Source of the DNA: Candidatus Pacearchaeota archaeon CG10_big_fil_rev_8_21_14_0_10_34_76
GTDB lineage: Archaea; Nanobdellota; Nanobdellia; Pacearchaeales; GW2011-AR1
Assembly (NCBI GenBank): GCA_002763075.1
Contig: PFDB01000010.1
Coordinates: 6,553-70,552 of the forward strand
Direction: 5' to 3'
DNA: 64,000 nt
Part shown: positions 9,348-18,794 of the stretch, one piece after another
How the letters are laid out: every line of letters begins with the position of its first letter
Numbering within the stretch: the first letter of the stretch is position 1
The notes under the pieces: model-generated
Databases searched by the model: none
What the model was told of the DNA's origin: nothing
What the model saw: the letters and a program-made list of their open reading frames with translations, nothing else
Position numbers and translations under genes: made by a program

Positions 9348-10145
9348 ATGATGGTAACTGTAGAAATTAGAAAAAATTGTAAAGAACAAAGAGCAAGAGC
9401 AATGGACGATGTTTCCAAACCAATAGGTGTTATTGCCAGAAAAATAGCAACTGATTTAGACACTACTCCAGAGACTATTAGAATCTATTTAACAGCAAAA
9501 AGAAATGGCTTCAAGAGCAGTCATGAACATAGGATTGCAAGGGGAAATTTTAGTTCAGCAAGAGAACTTTTTGATAACTATGCAACCAAAATGGGCTGGA
9601 GAAATTGGGATGAATATCGTAGTTATAGAAAGTTTTTAAAAAGCGAAGAAGAAGAAACTGAACAGCAAAAATTTGACCAAGGGATAGAACTGGTTCCAGA
9701 TGCAAGAGATTTATTAAATATCCCACAATACTCTGTAAGGGAAGCTCCTCCGGAATATACTAGGGTGGAGGAGATCATGAGGACAAGACTTCCAGATAGA
9801 CATAGAATAGTTTTAGAGGATTTTTTCTTTCATGACCAAACTCTATCATCAATTGCAAAAAGGCAGGGAGTTAAACGTCAGGCTATAGGTCATGTAAAGA
9901 GAAGAGCCATAAATAAATTGAGAGATCTTTTAGAAAGAGAATATTGTATTCCTCAAGAAGAAATTCAAGATGGAGAAATAATCTTTATCCATGCATTCAG
10001 ACATGCAGGATATTCAACTAGACAAACAGCTGAACTTCTTAATTCAATTTGGCATGATTCTAAAATGACTCAAAATAGTTTGATGTACAGAATAGGAAAA
10101 GCAAACAAAAGAAAAGTAGACTATCCTAAAATCCAAGAAGGTTAA
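9348..10145 (+). CDS. HTH protein with a sigma-70 region-4-like domain
   Basis: LPDRHRIVLEDFFFHDQTLSSIAKRQGVKRQAIGHVKRRAINKLRDLL resembles sigma-70 region 4. The N-terminal part (GFKSSHEHRIARGNFSSARELFDNY) resembles the repeat unit of the protein at 55057..56064. Confidence 0.6.
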   Translation: MMVTVEIRKNCKEQRARAMDDVSKPIGVIARKIATDLDTTPETIRIYLTAKRNGFKSSHEHRIARGNFSSARELFDNYATKMGWRNWDEYRSYRKFLKSEEEETEQQKFDQGIELVPDARDLLNIPQYSVREAPPEYTRVEEIMRTRLPDRHRIVLEDFFFHDQTLSSIAKRQGVKRQAIGHVKRRAINKLRDLLEREYCIPQEEIQDGEIIFIHAFRHAGYSTRQTAELLNSIWHDSKMTQNSLMYRIGKANKRKVDYPKIQEG

Positions 10146-11941
10146 AATTCTATCTCAAATCCACCAAGTTCTTTTTTAAGAACATCAAAGACATGACTCT
10201 CAATGCTAGCCTTCATCTCCTGATCGCTCATAGATATTGCCTTTTCAAGTTCCTTGGCGTTTGAATCTTCAAACTTAGTCTTCCCAATTTTAATAACTCT
10301 CCCTTCCTCAACAAAAAATGCTCCACTTCCTGTCAGGATAATCTCTGCTTTTCTCTCCCCATATCTGATTTCAAGCATATTCTTATCAATCACAGCCAAC
10401 TCTTTTCTTTGAGAATACTCTGTCAATGCTTTTACTAATTCGCTGGCCTCTCTCCTTACTTTGTCAGATTCTCCTTGCGTTATCTTTCCAGTCTTAGCCT
10501 TCTGTCTTATAGCCATTATATCTCTTAACACACCGATAAATCTCTTTGATATTCTTCCTGTTTTAACAAGTTCCTTTTCAAAATCTTTCACAAGTTGCTC
10601 TTTACTCCTATTTCCAATAAGGGCCTTAAGTAAATCGAACACATCATTATATGTCTGTTCCACTCCCTGAAGAACAATTCTTCCTTCAAGCTTCTTTCTA
10701 ATCTCTTTCAGCTTCTTATCATATTCATTAGCTTCTTTCAATATCTCATCAATTTCTTTTCCAGGAATGCTCTTTATCTTTCCATGTTCATAATCCTTCC
10801 ACATTTTCATCATTTTATCAAGAAAATTCCATTCTTTTATTCCCATAATCTTTTCTTTCTCAACAAAGAGCTTCTTAACTTCTTGAGCTATGACCTTAGG
10901 CGTTGGCGGAGCTTGACCTGCAAGCATCATCAATGCCTGTGTTGGAGTCACAATCCCCCAATATATGTCTACAAAAGCATCAAGCATCCTTCTAGTGACC
11001 AAACCCTCATTTTGTTCCCCATATTTCATGAATTTATCTACTGCTTCTGGGCTTGGCTTTATCTTTCCCATCTGCAATAGTAGTTTCCATGGCAAGAAGG
11101 TTCCCCTGTCATACATAGGAACACCATCTCTGATAAATGTGAACATTACAGGATTTGCATCCTTTACATTATCCCAGAAATCAGTAAGAAGATAGACTTG
11201 CACATTCAATGGATTACTTATTCCTGCAAGAGCATTTGCCTCTCTTATATAATCATAAATAATGCCTCTTAATTTCTCAAGAAGTTGAAGTCTTGGCATT
11301 CTCTTGACATCAGTATCATCTATTATCACAAAAGTGTCTACATCAGAATCTTTTCCTGCAGTTCCAGTCACCAAGCTCCCTCCAATAACATAAGAGGCTA
11401 CATACTTCTCAAATTTTCTCAAGACAAGACTTTTGTGTATTGTAGCAAGCCTAAGTTGTCCTAAAAATCCAGTATCATGCAATGGAAAGCTGCTTCCAAT
11501 AGCATCCAAAAATTCATATTTGCTGTCTAATCCATAATTCCACACATCAACTGGTGTTTTTATATGAACCCAGATATTTTGCTTGCTTTCCTGCACAAGT
11601 TTCACAACCTCTGGCTTTATTTTCTTTGCAACATCCTTGAAATGATCTTCAGGAATTATCATCATCATGTGCAATGGTTTCTTTTCTATCTCTTCAGGAA
11701 GAAGTCCCTCATCATCTTCAAAAATTTTAAATGAGTTTGCAGGAAGTACCCCGAGAACCATAGTAAAAGGAAATTTCTTTAGTATTTTTTTCTTAAGATC
11801 TTCAAGCTCCTTCTTTGTCTTTTCAGCCTGCTGTATAGCTTCTGTATTTTGGCCAGGCATCTGGCTCTGAGGAACGTATTTATCGGGAGAATTAAGCTGT
11901 CCTCCAAGTCCTTTCTGCTCTGGTTTCTTCCCTGGCTCCAT
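10142..11941 (-). CDS. Pol-beta superfamily nucleotidyltransferase domain protein with a helical C-terminal domain
   Basis: IGGSLVTGTAGKDSDVDTFVIIDD is the GS-X(n)-DxD minimal NTase motif. The C-terminal half is paralogous to the protein at 1..393. Confidence 0.75.
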   Translation of the reverse strand: MEPGKKPEQKGLGGQLNSPDKYVPQSQMPGQNTEAIQQAEKTKKELEDLKKKILKKFPFTMVLGVLPANSFKIFEDDEGLLPEEIEKKPLHMMMIIPEDHFKDVAKKIKPEVVKLVQESKQNIWVHIKTPVDVWNYGLDSKYEFLDAIGSSFPLHDTGFLGQLRLATIHKSLVLRKFEKYVASYVIGGSLVTGTAGKDSDVDTFVIIDDTDVKRMPRLQLLEKLRGIIYDYIREANALAGISNPLNVQVYLLTDFWDNVKDANPVMFTFIRDGVPMYDRGTFLPWKLLLQMGKIKPSPEAVDKFMKYGEQNEGLVTRRMLDAFVDIYWGIVTPTQALMMLAGQAPPTPKVIAQEVKKLFVEKEKIMGIKEWNFLDKMMKMWKDYEHGKIKSIPGKEIDEILKEANEYDKKLKEIRKKLEGRIVLQGVEQTYNDVFDLLKALIGNRSKEQLVKDFEKELVKTGRISKRFIGVLRDIMAIRQKAKTGKITQGESDKVRREASELVKALTEYSQRKELAVIDKNMLEIRYGERKAEIILTGSGAFFVEEGRVIKIGKTKFEDSNAKELEKAISMSDQEMKASIESHVFDVLKKELGGFEIEF

Positions 11942-11961
11942 GACTTAAACAACTAGTATAA

Positions 11962-11979
11962 GTTTTTAAATGTTAAGTT
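11962..11979 (-). promoter_or_regulatory. BRE/TATA promoter of the nucleotidyltransferase gene
   Basis: Exact copy of the 18-mer at 9238..9255. The TATA (11963-11969) lies 21 nt from the ATG at 11941. Confidence 0.55.
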
Positions 11980-12066
11980 TTGTGAGAATTCTCCAGTAGG
12001 TATTTCCGATGGAAAATTTAGATCTAAGAAGAATTATAAACAACCCTGGCTTTTTTTATTTATCAA

Positions 12067-12453
12067 ATGAAGGCCTATATCACCTGTCCAGTCAGCCATA
12101 CTAACACTAGATTAGATTTGCTTCCTGAGATAAAAAAAATTGCAGAAGAAGCTGGTTTAGATACATATGTCTTTGAGGTCGGCGGAACACCAGAAGATAT
12201 TTTCAAGAGAGATCATGATCAATTAAAATCATGTGATTTGATAATTGCAGAAGTTTCCGAAACAAGCCATGGGGTAGGCATAGAGATTGGGATGTCTTTT
12301 TTTATTGGGATGAAAAGGATCTTGCTCCTTGAAAAAGGGAAGGAAGTCACAAAGCTCGCACAAGGCATGCCAAACACAAAAATAATTCATTATCAAAACC
12401 TAGAAGACTTAAAATCTAAGCTTATTCATGCATTATCCGAGATGAGTTCTTAA
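12067..12453 (+). CDS. nucleoside 2-deoxyribosyltransferase family protein
   Basis: 128 aa. MKAYITCPVS ... CDLIIAEVSETSHGVGIEIGMSF fits the NDT/Rcl-like fold pattern with a conserved Glu in the E-x-G segment. Confidence 0.65.
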   Translation: MKAYITCPVSHTNTRLDLLPEIKKIAEEAGLDTYVFEVGGTPEDIFKRDHDQLKSCDLIIAEVSETSHGVGIEIGMSFFIGMKRILLLEKGKEVTKLAQGMPNTKIIHYQNLEDLKSKLIHALSEMSS

Positions 12454-12498
12454 TAATTCATTATCAATCTTTAAATAATCTCTTTCTATTTTAATAAT

Positions 12499-13041
12499 AT
12501 GAAAAAAGAAGGTATTGAAAAAAGATATCTCTCTGAATTTGTATATGGGGGTATCGATGGGTCGATTACTACATTTGCCATTGTTGCAGGCTCTCTCGGG
12601 GCATCACTAAGCTCTGCAATAATCCTCATACTTGGATTTGCTAATCTTTTTGCAGATGGATTCTCAATGGCTGTCTCAAATTATCTATCTGTGAAATCTA
12701 ATAATGAACTTCATAAAAACCATAAGCATGCAAAAATGTTCAAATCAGAACTAAAAGATCCTCTCAAAACTAGTCTCGCAACTTTGATATCTTTCATGGT
12801 AATAGGATTTATCCCTCTTTTCTCGTTTGTTCTTTATTTCTTTATTCCAATCTCAGAATCATTAAAAATAACATTGTCAATAATCCTCACAGCCATTGCA
12901 TTTTTAGTTGTCGGCGGAATAAAAGGCTTGATTGTAAAAAAACATCCCATAAAATCAGCTATTCAAACACTTTCGATAGCTGGAGTTGCTGCCTTCATTG
13001 CATACATGGTTGGATATCTTTTAAGGGGAATCCTCGGATAA
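12499..13041 (+). CDS. VIT1/CCC1 family iron/manganese transporter
   Basis: EFVYGGIDGSITTFAIVAGSLGA followed by several TM helices is typical of the VIT family. Confidence 0.75.
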   Translation: MKKEGIEKRYLSEFVYGGIDGSITTFAIVAGSLGASLSSAIILILGFANLFADGFSMAVSNYLSVKSNNELHKNHKHAKMFKSELKDPLKTSLATLISFMVIGFIPLFSFVLYFFIPISESLKITLSIILTAIAFLVVGGIKGLIVKKHPIKSAIQTLSIAGVAAFIAYMVGYLLRGILG

Positions 13042-13084
13042 AAGATTAAATACTCAATTTATTTTACTAAGAAAAGGTGATAAA

Positions 13085-13624
13085 ATGCCATATGCAGTAA
13101 CACATATATTAGTTCCAATATTGATTGCAGCAATTTTTAGAGATGTAGTAGCAAAGAAAAAATTCTCTCTCCACTATGTTCTTCTAGCAGGCCTAGGTGG
13201 AGTTCTTCCAGACATAGACATCCCAATTTCTATGCTTCTGAACACATTTGGAATAATAAATTGGAATCTCCATAAAACATTTACCCATTCAATATTTTTC
13301 CCATTAATTGTGTTTGCACTATTCCTCATCTTCAAGCCTTTCAAGCTAAATGCAAAAGTCTGTAATATAGGAAAGCACAAGCTCAATCTAAGTTATATCT
13401 TCTTAGCAATTGCTTTCGGAATATTGATTCACTTGATTTTAGATTCATTATTTGGCTCAAATTCATTTCTCTTATATCCCTTCTCAAATTATGATTTCGG
13501 TATGGATTTATTTTCCTACTTTTCATATTCTTGGAACTCTCTTGCAGCACTCCTAGACGGAATTCTCCTTGTAATTTGGATATTATATCTCGAGTTAAAG
13601 CACAAAATCAGTGATTTCATTTAA
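13085..13624 (+). CDS. membrane-bound metal-dependent hydrolase (YdjM/DUF457 family)
   Basis: N-terminal THILVP, LPDIDIP and HKTFTHS motifs within a polytopic membrane protein. Confidence 0.65.
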   Translation: MPYAVTHILVPILIAAIFRDVVAKKKFSLHYVLLAGLGGVLPDIDIPISMLLNTFGIINWNLHKTFTHSIFFPLIVFALFLIFKPFKLNAKVCNIGKHKLNLSYIFLAIAFGILIHLILDSLFGSNSFLLYPFSNYDFGMDLFSYFSYSWNSLAALLDGILLVIWILYLELKHKISDFI

Positions 13625-14036
13625 AATGAAACAAAAAATCCCTCCACAATTAAAAAGATTTGTTCAATACACTGCAATAGGCACAACCACATTTTCTTTT
13701 GATTTAAGTTTACTTTATGTTTTAACTGAATTTTTCGGAGTTTACTATCTTCTTTCTGCAATTCTTTCGTTCATTCTTGCTAACTCTATCAATTACACAA
13801 TAAATAGAAGTTGGGGATTTAAGAAAACAAAACAAACCCTAGTCCGCGGGTATATTTACCTCATGATAATAAACACTGCCAGTTTATTTTTAATAGTCAC
13901 ATTAATGGCAGGGTTAGTTGAACTCTTCTCGTTTGATTATTTAATTGCTAGGATAACTGTAGGAATATTAGTTGGAGGATTAGATTTCATTATGAACTCC
14001 AAGATAACTTTCAAGACTCCAATATTCAAGAAATAA
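13611..14036 (+). CDS. GtrA family membrane protein
   Basis: FVQYTAIGTTTFSFDLSLLYVL ... ANSINYTINRSWGFK, four TM helices, ~140 aa. Confidence 0.75.
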   Translation: MISFKMKQKIPPQLKRFVQYTAIGTTTFSFDLSLLYVLTEFFGVYYLLSAILSFILANSINYTINRSWGFKKTKQTLVRGYIYLMIINTASLFLIVTLMAGLVELFSFDYLIARITVGILVGGLDFIMNSKITFKTPIFKK

Positions 14037-14054
14037 AAAAGTCCTTGGGTAATT

Positions 14055-14315
14055 TTAATAAAACCCTAAAGAGACTCTAGTTCCCAATATGTTCTTCATT
14101 CTTCTCATAACACTATTTGGCAGATAATCAATTATCTTAGCCCTATGCTCTCCCACTTCTGCTCTTGCTTCATAAAATGCGGCATGGATCTCTAAAGAAC
14201 GACCTTCTCCTAGGTTTAGAATAAATCCGTCTATCATCCTAAAATACGTTTCATTTAGCGCATCATAGTCTCTGGTCGAATAAACACGCCTTTCGTTTAT
14301 CATACCATTATTCAT
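14055..14315 (-). CDS. hypothetical small protein
   Basis: 86-aa ORF with no motif. Confidence 0.4.
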   Translation of the reverse strand: MNNGMINERRVYSTRDYDALNETYFRMIDGFILNLGEGRSLEIHAAFYEARAEVGEHRAKIIDYLPNSVMRRMKNILGTRVSLGFY

Positions 14316-14412
14316 CTAAACCATTCTCCTATAATTTAATGTACTTGTAAATTGTTATTTATATAATGTTCGCAAAATGCTTAATCTAATTTCAGTAGTT
14401 AATTTAATTAAA

Positions 14413-14458
14413 TTTCCCAGAGAAAATCGAACCCCCACTATTTGGTGTAAACAATAAC
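14413..14458 (-). repeat. tRNA-Val(UAC) 3'-half-like fragment A
   Basis: Minus sense: GTTATTG-TTTACAC-CAAAT-AGTG-GGGGG-TTCGATT-TTCTC-TGGGAAA. This gives an anticodon loop identical to the tRNA-Val at 18795..18865, 9 nt to a T-arm with a TTCGATT loop, and no 5' half. It shares 18 nt exactly with fragment C and 17 nt with fragment B. Confidence 0.6.
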
Positions 14459-14540
14459 ATGGTTTAACTAAGGAAGAACAATAACATTTTAAATTCTTTA
14501 GTTTTTCAAACTACTACGAACGTATAAAACAAATTAAGGG

Positions 14541-15089
14541 TTATTTAGTTAACTCTTCTGCAATAGATATATAATTTCTGTTCCAGATATCAACATTATC
14601 TTCCTCGTTTGTTTGGGCAAATGTTTTTTCTGAATCTGCTAACATTAGAACTCTATCCCAATTTCTCTCACTACCTTTAATCTTGTTAGATATTTTTAGA
14701 GGCACTTGAAAAACAAATTCTTTAACTTTTCCATTTGGTTCTGCATATGCTGCTGCAACTTCCATGTATGCCGTCCTGTCTTTAGCATTTTTCATTAATT
14801 CCAATAGTTTATCTACTGGCATCTTTCTATTAAAATAATTAGTGTATGGTCCAGGAAAACCAGATAAATGTTTGATGAATAAGCTATGGTCTTCTCTTAT
14901 AGCTAACACATTAAATTCCTTAGAAGCTTGGACTGCAGTAAATTTAGCTATTTCCTTACTTGTATCTGCTTGAATTTCTGGATATTCTTTCGGGATATTT
15001 TTGACTTCTATTCCAAACTTAGAAAAAGCTTTTTGTGCTACAAATATTTTTCCTTTATTTTTCGTTATAAGATAAACTACTTTAGCCAT
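14541..15089 (-). CDS. non-canonical purine NTP pyrophosphatase (Ham1/RdgB/ITPase family)
   Basis: ITKNKGKI ... EIQADTSKEIA ... REDHSLFI ... FPGPYTNYF fits the Ham1 family. TATA-like TTAAAAG (15111-15117) lies 21 nt upstream. Confidence 0.75.
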   Translation of the reverse strand: MAKVVYLITKNKGKIFVAQKAFSKFGIEVKNIPKEYPEIQADTSKEIAKFTAVQASKEFNVLAIREDHSLFIKHLSGFPGPYTNYFNRKMPVDKLLELMKNAKDRTAYMEVAAAYAEPNGKVKEFVFQVPLKISNKIKGSERNWDRVLMLADSEKTFAQTNEEDNVDIWNRNYISIAEELTK

Positions 15090-15157
15090 AACAAATTATA
15101 TAATTTATCTCTTTTAACCCTTTCTAAAACCTCAATGTTTGTTTACAAAAAGATTAT

Positions 15158-15200
15158 TAGAATGGGTTAGTAAAACCATATCATTGGTGTAAACAATAAC
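15158..15200 (-). repeat. tRNA-Val(UAC) 3'-half-like fragment B
   Basis: Minus sense: TATTG-TTTACAC-CAATG forms a complete 5-bp anticodon-arm-like hairpin, followed by a GGTT-TTACT-AACC hairpin. 15184-15200 is identical to 14442-14458. Confidence 0.55.
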
Positions 15201-15246
15201 CTATGTTTCCTAGAATTTTAATAATAATACTTAATTATTAAGCTGT

Positions 15247-15621
15247 TTAGAATGTTTGATCGCCACAAAAATATATCTTTTCATTAATAATTTTATCATC
15301 TTTCCAGTGTTGAACATTAACTCTATAACTTGTTTCCATTACTCCTTCTTTATTTTCAATAGTTATAACCCACTCAGTCATTGAAACATTATCTTCTTTT
15401 CCACCAAAAGTAACAGATTTTATCTCAGCGCTGTTTAATTTTTCAATTTCCTGAAGAAATTTCATCTCCCTTTTTCTATTCTGCTCTTTTCCAGTTATAG
15501 CTCCATTCCCATTTACCTGTATAACTACGTCATCTCCGTAATATTCATCAAATGCCTCTATGATTTTGCCTTCTCTAATCAATGTATTCAGTTTTTCTAC
15601 ATTATTTTTTAATTGCATCAT
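15247..15621 (-). CDS. SnoaL-like / NTF2-fold protein
   Basis: The ORF is listed to 15675, but the ATG at 15621 (MMQLKNN...) has a TATA-like element 21 nt upstream. The ~124-aa alpha+beta pattern (FDEYYGDDVV ... VNVQHWKDDKIINEKIYF) fits a SnoaL-like fold. Confidence 0.55.
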   Translation of the reverse strand: MMQLKNNVEKLNTLIREGKIIEAFDEYYGDDVVIQVNGNGAITGKEQNRKREMKFLQEIEKLNSAEIKSVTFGGKEDNVSMTEWVITIENKEGVMETSYRVNVQHWKDDKIINEKIYFCGDQTF

Positions 15622-15886
15622 TTTTATTCTTGTCCCATTATTATTTATCATGGTCAATAGAATACTTATATCCACGCAGTAGTTAGTTATAATTGTCGTA
15701 TGAGGATGTACTTTATTTCAATAAATCTTTTAATCAATTACCTTAAATGCTGTATAATCGATAAAACTATTACAAATGATTTAGAATACGGGATAAATGG
15801 AATGCATAACCTTTTGTGAGATTTAGGTTATGCGAATAAACTAATGATTGTTTACCTAAACTTATTTTATGAAACCCTACAAATAA

Positions 15887-16024
15887 TTATAAACCTCTCC
15901 CGAAAGAATCAGGTTCTTGTTTAAGCTTTTTTCTTTTCTTTTTGATGTCTTTCCTTAAGGCTTCCTCAGGTGTTTTAGGCAAATATTCCTTTGGGTCTAC
16001 CTTTTTCTGTTCTTCTAAGGCCAT
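15887..16024 (-). CDS. possible 45-aa Lys-rich peptide
   Basis: ATG..TAA ORF MALEEQKKVDPKEYLPKTPEEALRKDIKKKRKKLKQEPDSFGRGL in an otherwise ORF-free gap. No other support. Confidence 0.2.
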   Translation of the reverse strand: MALEEQKKVDPKEYLPKTPEEALRKDIKKKRKKLKQEPDSFGRGL

Positions 16025-16109
16025 TAATTATAAAATAATCCTAATTATATAAATCTGTCTTTTAATTGTTCAATTAATCAAAATTGATAAAACGAACTGA
16101 AGAAACAAA

Positions 16110-16352
16110 TTATCTTAAACTAATGGTCCAATAATCTAGTGCCCAACTATTTTGTATTTTTATCTTTATAATCCGAACATTATTTTTATTTAATCCATAT
16201 TTTTCTAGCAAATAATGTAATTCTCGATAAGCTACATTTTTAGCATGTTCATTGTTATAATTTATTATAACCTCAAATATTTTATTAATATTGCTCACTC
16301 TAGAAATATCTTTTTTTGATTTCTTGTAAATATTATGTGTCAAAACTACCAT
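16110..16352 (-). CDS. hypothetical small protein
   Basis: 80-aa ORF with no motif. Confidence 0.4.
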   Translation of the reverse strand: MVVLTHNIYKKSKKDISRVSNINKIFEVIINYNNEHAKNVAYRELHYLLEKYGLNKNNVRIIKIKIQNSWALDYWTISLR

Positions 16353-16457
16353 TTTTCCTTATTATAATAGTGCATAGAAAAATATAAACTTTTCTATAAT
16401 TACTGGAAATGAAAGCTAAGAAACTTTGGCAATACTACTGTTTTATGTGAGTTAAAT

Positions 16458-16496
16458 GGACATAGGGAGAATCAAACTCCCACTATTTGGTGTAAA
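16458..16496 (-). repeat. tRNA-Val(UAC) 3'-half-like fragment C
   Basis: Minus sense: TTTACAC-CAAAT-AGT-GGGAG-TTTGATT-CTCCC-TATGTCC, a perfect 5-bp T-arm with a 7-nt loop and no 5' anticodon-stem partner. 16479-16496 is identical to 14434-14451. Confidence 0.6.
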
Positions 16497-16544
16497 TAAG
16501 GAAGGGATTTTTCTGGGAGAGAATAAGAAGGAGGCATTATATTT

Positions 16545-16856
16545 TTAGAGATTGTATCTCTCTTCTAAGTTAACTTTGATTTTAGACAGAACGGGATTTC
16601 CAATACTGGTTTTTATCTTTTCAACATAAACATCTGGTAAAATTTTTTCTAAGTATTTTTTTATCTTAGATACGTCCTCTCCAGAGGGAACTGCAAATCG
16701 AACTGTGTTTTCGCTATCTTCCGCATTTTCTACAAGTACATTTCGATTACTCTCTAAACAGAACTCTCTAATTCTTCCTCGCAGCATAACTTGAGTTATA
16801 GATGAAGATTTTGTTTTTACTTCATAAATATCCCAGTTAATAAGAGGTTTTAGCAT
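16545..16856 (-). CDS. hypothetical protein (possibly an acylphosphatase-like fold)
   Basis: 103-aa ORF with TATA-like TTATTAA 21 nt upstream of the ATG. The fold guess rests only on a weak beta-alpha-beta pattern. Confidence 0.45.
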   Translation of the reverse strand: MLKPLINWDIYEVKTKSSSITQVMLRGRIREFCLESNRNVLVENAEDSENTVRFAVPSGEDVSKIKKYLEKILPDVYVEKIKTSIGNPVLSKIKVNLEERYNL

Positions 16857-16948
16857 GAATTATATTAAGTTATATTGTTAATAAATATTATCTCTAAACC
16901 ATTACATGGGAACTTTCATAATAATTTTGATATTATAAAAAAGTTATT

Positions 16949-16990
16949 AGCCTTGGGTGGATAAATCACCTTATCCGTGTAACCAACAAC
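16949..16990 (-). repeat. divergent tRNA-half-like fragment D
   Basis: Minus sense: GTTGTTG-GTTACAC-GGATAA-GGTG-ATTTATC-CACC-CAAGGCT, colinear with fragment B (TTATTAG ... hairpin ... GTGTAA(A/C)CAA(T/C)AAC) with compensatory changes in the hairpin. Confidence 0.4.
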
Positions 16991-17080
16991 TTATGCTGTA
17001 TGACGTAATACTATTCAACTATATATAAAGACAAGGCATGATGTTCACATAGAGTTTTAACTTTTGATCCTATTAACATT

Positions 17081-18775
17081 GTGAAAAATAAAAATAATAC
17101 AAATGATAATGCAACAAAAATAAATCGTACTCCGATTTATATAATTTGTATGCTCTTTATAATTTCTCTTAGCGCAGCACAGGTTTCATCAGAACCAGGA
17201 ATTTATCTTAATGGTACAGGGGAAGTGTTAATTAATGACTCAAATAGTTTAGATGGTTTTTCCAAAGCTACATGGAATATGTGGATTAAACAAGAAGCAT
17301 ACAATAGTAATTCAGGGGTAGTTGGAAAATATGAGGCATCTGCGATGGGTAGATCATATCTTATTAGGAATTCTCTTTCAAATGGAAGTTCTGTTTCAGT
17401 TGCTATTTCCGGTGATGGAACTAATACTGGGCTTTATACAAGTAATTCTATTCTTGCATGTGGCATTCGTGAAAATAATCAATGGACAATGATTACAGTT
17501 ACTTATGATGGTTCTTTAATAAAATATTATAGAAATGGAGTTTTCTGTGACCAAGATAAAACAATAATTCCTTCAATCTATAATTCTATTTCCCCTCTTC
17601 GTTTAGGTGGGGGCAACAATATTTTTTTCAATGGGGGGATAGATGAATTTACATTTTATGATCAATCTCTTTCCAGAGAACAAATAACAAGACTCCATGA
17701 CGAAAGTTTTCATGGAAACAATCTAGGTCAGTCAATTCCAGTTTTAGTATATCATAAAATAGAAAACTCTGCAAATGATGCAATTGTTGTTAGTCCAGAC
17801 CAATTCCAAGCACAGATGGATTATTTGTATAAAAATGAATTTAATACAATTACCTTGCAAAATTATGTTGATTGGAAAAATGGAAATTATGATATGCCAA
17901 AAAAGGCAATCATTATTGTTTTTGATGATGGATTTTTATCAGTTTATGATACTGCAAAACCAATAATGGATAAATATGGTTTTAAGGGCTCAGTTCCAGT
18001 TGTTACAAGGTATGCTTCATTTACAGGAAACAGCTCGGGTTATATGAAATGGGACCAAATAAATGATTTAGCTAATAATGGCTGGAGCATTGAATCTCAC
18101 AGTATAACTCATAGTCATCTACTTACATTAAATGAATCCCAGTTCAGATATGAGCTTTCCTATTCTAAAGAGCTTCTTACTAACAAAACAGGAAATGTTC
18201 CTAATTCATTTGTTTTTCCTTTTCATGAATCAAATGCAAATTATACAAGTATTTGTGGAGAGTATTATGATTTGTGTTGGACACAAGGAAGCTTAAATCC
18301 TACTTATGATTTTAAATCTACTCCCGGAACTGAATATCTCAGTTTAAGAAGAATTAATATTGTGAATATTACCACATTAGAATATTTTGCTAATTACCTA
18401 AGAAGAGATACTAATAAATTTGGAGAATGGAATATGGAAGAAGGAGCTGGAAATACAACAATAGACAGTTCAGGAAATGATAATACTGGTTATCTTTTGG
18501 GCGGAGCTTCATGGTATTCTAAAAACCTCAATTCTACTCTTTCGTCAATATTTGACAAGTTTAAAACACTCTCAGATGATAATAAAATAGAAGATGGTTT
18601 AGATAATATTATAGATAGTGATAAGGGGAAAGCTCCTATAAAATTAGAGAAAGAAAAAACATGGCCTGATAACATGGATATAGAAGGGTATTATTACTCC
18701 ATTCATGATCCTATTAAATTAGAAAAAGAAGATAAAGATAAGGAAAATAAAGGCAAAATTTATACTAAGATATAA
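17081..18775 (+). CDS. secreted/membrane-anchored LamG (concanavalin-like) plus polysaccharide deacetylase (NodB) protein
   Basis: N-terminal hydrophobic helix; LamG-like ITVTYDGSLIKYYRNGVF ... LRLGGGNNIFFNGGIDEFTFYDQSLS; NodB motifs IIIVFDDGFLSVYD and ESHSITHSHL. Confidence 0.8.
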   Translation: MKNKNNTNDNATKINRTPIYIICMLFIISLSAAQVSSEPGIYLNGTGEVLINDSNSLDGFSKATWNMWIKQEAYNSNSGVVGKYEASAMGRSYLIRNSLSNGSSVSVAISGDGTNTGLYTSNSILACGIRENNQWTMITVTYDGSLIKYYRNGVFCDQDKTIIPSIYNSISPLRLGGGNNIFFNGGIDEFTFYDQSLSREQITRLHDESFHGNNLGQSIPVLVYHKIENSANDAIVVSPDQFQAQMDYLYKNEFNTITLQNYVDWKNGNYDMPKKAIIIVFDDGFLSVYDTAKPIMDKYGFKGSVPVVTRYASFTGNSSGYMKWDQINDLANNGWSIESHSITHSHLLTLNESQFRYELSYSKELLTNKTGNVPNSFVFPFHESNANYTSICGEYYDLCWTQGSLNPTYDFKSTPGTEYLSLRRINIVNITTLEYFANYLRRDTNKFGEWNMEEGAGNTTIDSSGNDNTGYLLGGASWYSKNLNSTLSSIFDKFKTLSDDNKIEDGLDNIIDSDKGKAPIKLEKEKTWPDNMDIEGYYYSIHDPIKLEKEDKDKENKGKIYTKI

Positions 18776-18794
18776 TCTGCTTTTTTGTTATTTA

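Noticed and set aside
11952-11957. Extra ACTAGT hexamers, e.g. 11952-11957 and 34199-34204 downstream of TATA boxes, plus several inside coding regions (5830s, 21410s, 30896-30901, 50770s)
   Set aside because: The bare hexamer is expected many times by chance at this base composition. Only sites with the fixed operator-12-TATA-21-ATG geometry were counted as regulatory candidates.
14413-16990. Integron-like cassette array (structured repeats separating single co-oriented genes)
   Set aside because: There is no integron integrase or attI-like site in the window. The repeats resemble tRNA 3' halves rather than attC bipartite palindromes, and each cassette gene has its own TATA at the standard spacing.
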